Shown here: positions 58,917 through 64,000 of the stretch, in pieces
How the letters are laid out: the number at the start of each line of letters is the position of its first letter
How positions within the stretch are numbered: position 1 is the stretch's first letter
From: a virus
Reading direction: 5' to 3' (one strand)
IMG/VR virus record: IMGVR_UViG_3300033145_001598
Span: 11,595-75,594 of that record
Length of the DNA stretch: 64,000 bases
The notes under the pieces: generated by a model
What the model saw: the letters and a program-made list of their open reading frames with translations, nothing else
The model's database searches: none
Told to the model about the DNA's origin: nothing
Position numbers and translations under genes: made by a program

Positions 58917-59455
58917 ATAATCATTAAGAGGTACCCTAATTCATAACATATCCTAGGTGCTATGAACAGTCTTCCTTCTGGGTACCCCACCTGTCTTATC
59001 CTAATAGCGTGGGTTTTCACACCCAGCGGCTCGTAAGCTTCACTACTAGGGACAGTGGCCATTCTGTTGGTAGCTATCCAACAAAGAAAGGGGAAGACCC
59101 TATTGTTCTTTAGTTTTCAGACTTAGAATTGTTGGAAAATTTCCAGAAGGCCCCATTAAAATAACTTTACCTTCTTTGAGAGCTTGGAATTGTATCTCAG
59201 TTAACTGTTCACTATCCCAGCCTTCTTCCATTGATTTATCATTTCTTGCATCTTCTATGGTTGTATATATTTTCATTATCCTTCTTTCTTTATGGAGAAG
59301 ATCTCTCGCGCGATCAAGGAGTCCCCCATTGTTAGGTGCTATTGATTGAAATATTGATTTGCTATTGATTGGTTCTACCAATTTATCTTGTTTAGTTAAT
59401 TCCAATCTTATTCTGTGGGCCTTGTTTCCCAGGTCCAACCACATAAATGTGGATT

Positions 59456-60055
59456 TTATTTACATCTCTTAAAGACTTCACCATCTGGTAATGGGCAGTC
59501 TTTTATCCATTCAATGTTATGTCTTGCTTTCCAGAAGGGAAGGATATTGGGCGTTTTTACTTCTTTGAAGATATTGAGACGTAAGCTTTTCTTTTGTAGC
59601 TCAGGTGTAAGTTTAATTAATTCTTGTAATCTATAAAAGGGAGATACATCATCTTCACTATGTAGAGTGAGAGTAACACCATCAATCATTCCTAGAATAC
59701 TAACAGTTGTTAATGTATCTAGTACATTAGCTGTATACAGATAGAGTCTGGTCGCCGGATGTGCACTTCCCCGAGCTGTACCAATTATATATGCTAGCTG
59801 CACTGGATCTAACATAGGCTCTCCTCCAGTAAGGAGAATTTCACTAAATCCCTTAAATGTATCTACTTTTGGTAGAGCATCTAAGTCATACTCTTTATTA
59901 CAACAGCCTTCACAATCTCTATCACAGTCTTTAGTTACTAGTAACCGTAGCTTAAGCATTCTTTTTCTTTCTCTTTTTGCCTCCTGGATGCCTTTTAAAG
60001 CTCCAGTTATCAAATCCCTTCTTATCTCGCTGAATTTCATTACTGACTTCAACAA
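59456..60055 (-). CDS. Short radical SAM protein (activase/QueE-like size); start probably about 59959
   Basis: CDRDCEGC, LTGGEP, LYTAN. Confidence 0.85.
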   Translation of the reverse strand: MLKSVMKFSEIRRDLITGALKGIQEAKRERKRMLKLRLLVTKDCDRDCEGCCNKEYDLDALPKVDTFKGFSEILLTGGEPMLDPVQLAYIIGTARGSAHPATRLYLYTANVLDTLTTVSILGMIDGVTLTLHSEDDVSPFYRLQELIKLTPELQKKSLRLNIFKEVKTPNILPFWKARHNIEWIKDCPLPDGEVFKRCK

Positions 60056-60662
60056 TTTCTTTCTCAGGAATCCCTAGTACACCCGATAAGTACATATGTA
60101 TCTCTTGGAAAGCTATAAATGGATTAAATAGAGTCTGAAAGCCATAGTCCTTAAGACAAGGATCTAAAGTGAGTTCTTCATCTTTAATTAGGATAATAGG
60201 ACATCGCCGTTCTCTGTTGATATCAGCAAACTTACTCCAAGTATTTAGATCAAATACTTTATCTAATACTTTATCTGATAGTTTTACTGAATATCTCCAA
60301 TACACATGACTTTTAGACTTGATTGGTCCTTTACTATACTTTGTCTGATAGTCTTCTACTGCTTTTCTAGAATAAAGATAGGAAGTTATGTTTTCACCAG
60401 TCCAATATGTTGGTTCTCTAGTTATCCTAACCAAAGGATATAATTGTCCACAGAATGCTATAGCTAACGTGTCCCATTTGTGACGATATTTTTTAGAATC
60501 AAATTCGCCACTCTTTCTCCATGGTCTTCTTCCCCACATAAACTTATCAGGATTCCGCGTATCTATCTCTTCCTCTTTACGATTATAAACCACAGATTTA
60601 TCTACTCCACCATATCCTATAGCAGTATCATAATAATCATGGAATTTAGAGATTATCAGCAT
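59952..60662 (-). CDS. Conserved phage hypothetical protein
   Basis: IISKFHDYYD, FCG..YP, AFQEI..YL, KGFD..SFK. Confidence 0.7.
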   Translation of the reverse strand: MLIISKFHDYYDTAIGYGGVDKSVVYNRKEEEIDTRNPDKFMWGRRPWRKSGEFDSKKYRHKWDTLAIAFCGQLYPLVRITREPTYWTGENITSYLYSRKAVEDYQTKYSKGPIKSKSHVYWRYSVKLSDKVLDKVFDLNTWSKFADINRERRCPIILIKDEELTLDPCLKDYGFQTLFNPFIAFQEIHMYLSGVLGIPEKEIVEVSNEIQRDKKGFDNWSFKRHPGGKKRKKKNA

Positions 60663-61400
60663 CTATCTATCAATCCTCCCAGTTTATTTCTTCTATATAA
60701 TAGTGCCAGTTCATTTTTATCTGGGTTATTCCTACAGCTAGACTCCAACAAATTTTCCATCGTTCTGAACCATGCAACCAAGCATCTAGAGCTGTATAAG
60801 GTATTAATAAATACCATCTTCTTCTCCATAGCTTGATATACCATGGTTGATGCTGATATCTATTGTCTTTCATCTTCCAGTTCTATCTGTAACATGAATT
60901 GGCTCTGGAGCCAGGAACCTGTCTAGCAAGAGTTCTTCTCTTTCTCTATCTAGTCGCTCTATAAGCTTAATAAGCTTTTCTTTTAGGACAGAATCTATAT
61001 TTCTTATAGAATATCCCCAACAGAGACCATTTGTAATTTTGATGTCTTTCAAAAGAAATCTGCGATAGCTATGTTTGTCATCTATTTGAGACAAATGAGG
61101 CAAAGTAACTTTAATATGATGTCTATGACAGAAATAATATCCCTCTTCTTGTCCCCAATCCTCTATAGGAATGATCTCCAGAGCGTCTAGAAGCCTCTCT
61201 AACGAAGTTTTCGGTACTTTTGCTGGTGTCCTATAGACTCCAAGGTCAGGGCCTTCACGGTCCACTGTGGCTGCCACACCCATCTCATACGAATAACTAG
61301 ATCTGATGTCTGAGTCTCTATCCATATTGTCTCCTTTAGGTGGGGGTGGTGGTTCCATATATGGCCATTCTCCATGTAATTTTCCATGAAATCGGTCTTG

Positions 61401-61737
61401 CATTAATCCACTGTTATCGAATAACTCTTTATCCATTTTGTTCTTTGTAACGTTTAAACATGTATTCTGTACTACAATTGGTATTGCAGAATCTGCAACC
61501 TAGACTAGAGTCCCAGAGCATACTTGCTCCTTTTGATAGATCTTTATGACAATTCATACACATGTACAAGCGTTTTTCTGGTTGAATAAAGCGGTCAGGT
61601 TCTAACAAGTTTTGATTATCACAATTGGGACACTTGAAATCAGCTGGTTGATTTATACACTTATTACAGTACCTAATCGGCTTAGTCAATTCGTCGAGTC
61701 TACTCATTAATCCACCGTTATCGAATAGCTCTGTATC
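61401..61737. repeat. 33-bp imperfect direct repeat (61401-61433 and 61705-61737) flanking a Zn-finger ORF
   Basis: cattaatccactgttatcgaataactctttatc vs cattaatccaccgttatcgaatagctctgtatc, 30/33 identical. Confidence 0.85.
61429..61707 (-). CDS. Cys-rich zinc-finger protein
   Basis: CNKC, CPNC, CMNC, FC...C. Confidence 0.6.
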   Translation of the reverse strand: MSRLDELTKPIRYCNKCINQPADFKCPNCDNQNLLEPDRFIQPEKRLYMCMNCHKDLSKGASMLWDSSLGCRFCNTNCSTEYMFKRYKEQNG

Positions 61738-61984
61738 TAAGCTACTGCTTGTAGAACTGTTGCATGATGTTTAGGGTCTACATCTGTAAGGTCAAAGACT
61801 CCCTCAATGTTAGCTACTACTTTGCCGGTTCTATCCTTAAGGGTAAGATATTGAAGGGATATCTTCGGCTCGCCTTGTATGTACAAGTCCTGGTCTGGTT
61901 TTATACAAAAGAGCTCTATCTTACAACTAGGTGCCTTTCTATAGTTACCATGATTTAAATTATCACAGGTTTGACATTTAGGCT

Positions 61985-63964
61985 TCATTTCTTCTTACTT
62001 TCATGTGTCTTAATAGCTATCCTAACTCCCTTAGTTACTATTGAGAGCTCATTTCGTAATGCTTCTATCCACTCAATCTGATCTAGATCGTTTACTAGTT
62101 TCATTTGAGCTATAGCAACACTTAATTCTCCTGCTGCTTTTATCAGATGTGACTTGGTGTCCCACAGAGAGTCCATTGTATGGCCCCAGTTAGATTCATT
62201 CTTTATCTTATACCCAGGATGCGTAACCTTTTCTTCTTTTGGTTTCTCTTCTGGTTTCATATCCACTGGCCACCAACAGTTTGGACACTTATCTTCGTGG
62301 AACTCATTTTTACAGCGTTCACAGTAGGTTAGTTTCATGAGTTTGAGGTTTTTAGCAGGAAACTTATGATTCTTTCTTTCTTCGAGTCTACATTCCTCTT
62401 CATTATCTTCATTTAGATAGGACATTAGGACAGTATACACTCGTGGGTATTTATCTCGAGCCTCTTTGAATACTACCTTATCTCCATTAGAGAATTTCCA
62501 CTTGATTTCTTTTTGTGGTTCAAATATCTTTTCAAGATCAGACTCTCGAACCCAAACTTCATACATTCCTTTTTGTCGAGGTCTCAGTTGATATTCATTA
62601 ATTCCAACTGGACCCAATCGACGACCTACTATTCGAGGATTTGCCTCCCTTAAAGAGTTTATATGTCCAATATATTTAACTGTTTCAAAATCATCAAAGA
62701 TATAGTCTGTTTTTTCCATTTTATCTTCCTCTCCCCAAGCATTTGGGGGTACATAGATAGCTCTTTCATTAAAAGCTTTATTACTACTGTTGTACCATTC
62801 TTCTGAAGCTACTTTGGTTAAAGCCCATGTGCTATATCTAAGATCAAACCACAGATATCTGTCTCCCTCTTTCCAGTCTCTCCAATGTTCTTCTGGAATT
62901 GGAGGTGATCTCTCTTCTCCAGGTAGTTGTCTATAACTATTAGTAAACTTCTTAGCTTCTTTATACGGTGGCCATATATGCCAGCCACTTATTGTATTAT
63001 GGAAGAGCATCCCTTTAAAGGGTTTAGGATAATCATCTTCTCCCATCCAATAGGGAGTTATCATACCTGGTTCACTATGGTGAGGAGGAGAATCGGCCCA
63101 TTTTACTAATTCATAGTCTTTTGCACCATACCAAGTTGATGCAGTTCCTAATTGAATTCTCCAATTACCATCTGTTACTCGCTGATATACACCTGATACT
63201 ATAAAAATTGCACTATGTCCTTTTCGTTTAATTTGATCTTCTATTTTAGGTATCCAGTTCTCAGAATCAGCTGTTTCTTTCATAGTCATTGTAGAAAGGG
63301 CTACTTCTTTACATGGAATAGAATCAGCGGCTTTATCTAAAAAGAATCGATCTGAACCATACCAACGAGGACCATTACCTAGTCTAATATCTTGTATTTT
63401 TCCTACTTGTCTTGTTTCACTTACAAGATAAGTTGTCATTGAACCTTCAAATCTAACTCGATCACTAACACTAAACTTCATCTTTTCTTCCTCATAGACC
63501 TTTGGTCTATTATCAAGATGCTTTTTTATACTATCGTATGCTTCTTTTATAGTTGTCTGTGGTCCCTCTTGAGGTGGAATATAGAGAGCTTTATCTGATA
63601 GCATTTTAGCATTACAAGCCCATGATCCACATGACGGTCCCATATACCAACATCCACTACGTCCGCTTTCACAAGTGAAAATTGTCCATTTATAATCAGC
63701 TGAGCGTTTCAGTCTTACCCAGAATCTATCTCCCTTCTGGATATCTTCTGGTTTCTTAGGTGGGTTAGGATCAGGATTTACTCCTGGTTCACCTGGTAGC
63801 CCAAAATCATGTCTGAATAGGATTGGACCTACTCGAATATGTTCTCCTTGATCATGAACTAGTTCTAATGTTCCATTGCGATCTATATCATATACGGTAT
63901 ACCAAGATTTAGATCTATGACTATAGGCTCTCATTTTAAGATATGATTTAGGTCTATCTGACAT
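61985..63964 (-). CDS. Multi-module protein (659 aa) with repeated small SH3/KOW-like domains, Zn finger and coiled coil
   Basis: Repeats KF..[GS]D[RK]V...WY/FP..L and KGDR..W...A[LI]Y[IV]PP; CERC...CPNC. Confidence 0.6.
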   Translation of the reverse strand: MSDRPKSYLKMRAYSHRSKSWYTVYDIDRNGTLELVHDQGEHIRVGPILFRHDFGLPGEPGVNPDPNPPKKPEDIQKGDRFWVRLKRSADYKWTIFTCESGRSGCWYMGPSCGSWACNAKMLSDKALYIPPQEGPQTTIKEAYDSIKKHLDNRPKVYEEEKMKFSVSDRVRFEGSMTTYLVSETRQVGKIQDIRLGNGPRWYGSDRFFLDKAADSIPCKEVALSTMTMKETADSENWIPKIEDQIKRKGHSAIFIVSGVYQRVTDGNWRIQLGTASTWYGAKDYELVKWADSPPHHSEPGMITPYWMGEDDYPKPFKGMLFHNTISGWHIWPPYKEAKKFTNSYRQLPGEERSPPIPEEHWRDWKEGDRYLWFDLRYSTWALTKVASEEWYNSSNKAFNERAIYVPPNAWGEEDKMEKTDYIFDDFETVKYIGHINSLREANPRIVGRRLGPVGINEYQLRPRQKGMYEVWVRESDLEKIFEPQKEIKWKFSNGDKVVFKEARDKYPRVYTVLMSYLNEDNEEECRLEERKNHKFPAKNLKLMKLTYCERCKNEFHEDKCPNCWWPVDMKPEEKPKEEKVTHPGYKIKNESNWGHTMDSLWDTKSHLIKAAGELSVAIAQMKLVNDLDQIEWIEALRNELSIVTKGVRIAIKTHESKKK

Positions 63965-64000
63965 CTTTTAGATTCCTTTTTGGTAATCTCTTAGGATAGA

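Noticed and set aside
1-64000. Plus-strand ORFs in the track (e.g. 26546-27037, 33767-34273)
   Set aside because: Antisense shadows of minus-strand genes, Ser/Phe/Leu-rich, with no motifs or RBS
1-64000. CRISPR array or long tandem repeat array
   Set aside because: No regularly spaced run of three or more identical repeats found by eye; a computational self-dotplot would be needed to exclude degenerate arrays
1-64000. Stop-codon reassignment, as in some large phages
   Set aside because: Conserved genes are full length in code 11, TAG, TGA and TAA all end genes at coupled junctions, and no suppressor tRNA was seen

Overview
64-kb segment of a large (jumbo-type) bacteriophage genome, roughly 38% GC by eye, standard genetic code, with essentially all genes densely packed on the minus strand. 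No virion structural genes are recognisable, so this looks like the replication, nucleotide-metabolism and host-takeover region. Core functions: DnaE split into separate PHP and polymerase genes, RecA, class II ribonucleotide reductase, dCMP deaminase, dNMP kinase, RNase HII, ClpP, a Ycf46-like AAA+ ATPase with DUF1257/DUF2997-like genes, RtcB, an HD-domain CCA-enzyme remnant, three radical SAM enzymes and two tRNA clusters. Selfish elements are abundant: 4 cis-inteins, 1 naturally split intein and 4 free-standing HNH/EndoVII genes. Best leads: (1) a retron-type reverse transcriptase with a repeat-containing structured non-coding leader and no recognisable effector; (2) a shared acidic C-terminal tail (DDLxDRLDxLD[LI]) on several unrelated proteins near the phage AAA+ ATPase and ClpP; (3) a radical SAM/SPASM enzyme whose CxxxCxxC motif forms only after protein trans-splicing, followed by three tandem MKxRxGFVxNSSSS proteins that may be its substrates; (4) a Whirly-like ssDNA-binding protein; (5) atypical tRNA-like RNAs, including an Ala-bodied tRNA with a Thr anticodon, and other structured ncRNA candidates. 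All family assignments come from motif recognition by eye, not from database searches.
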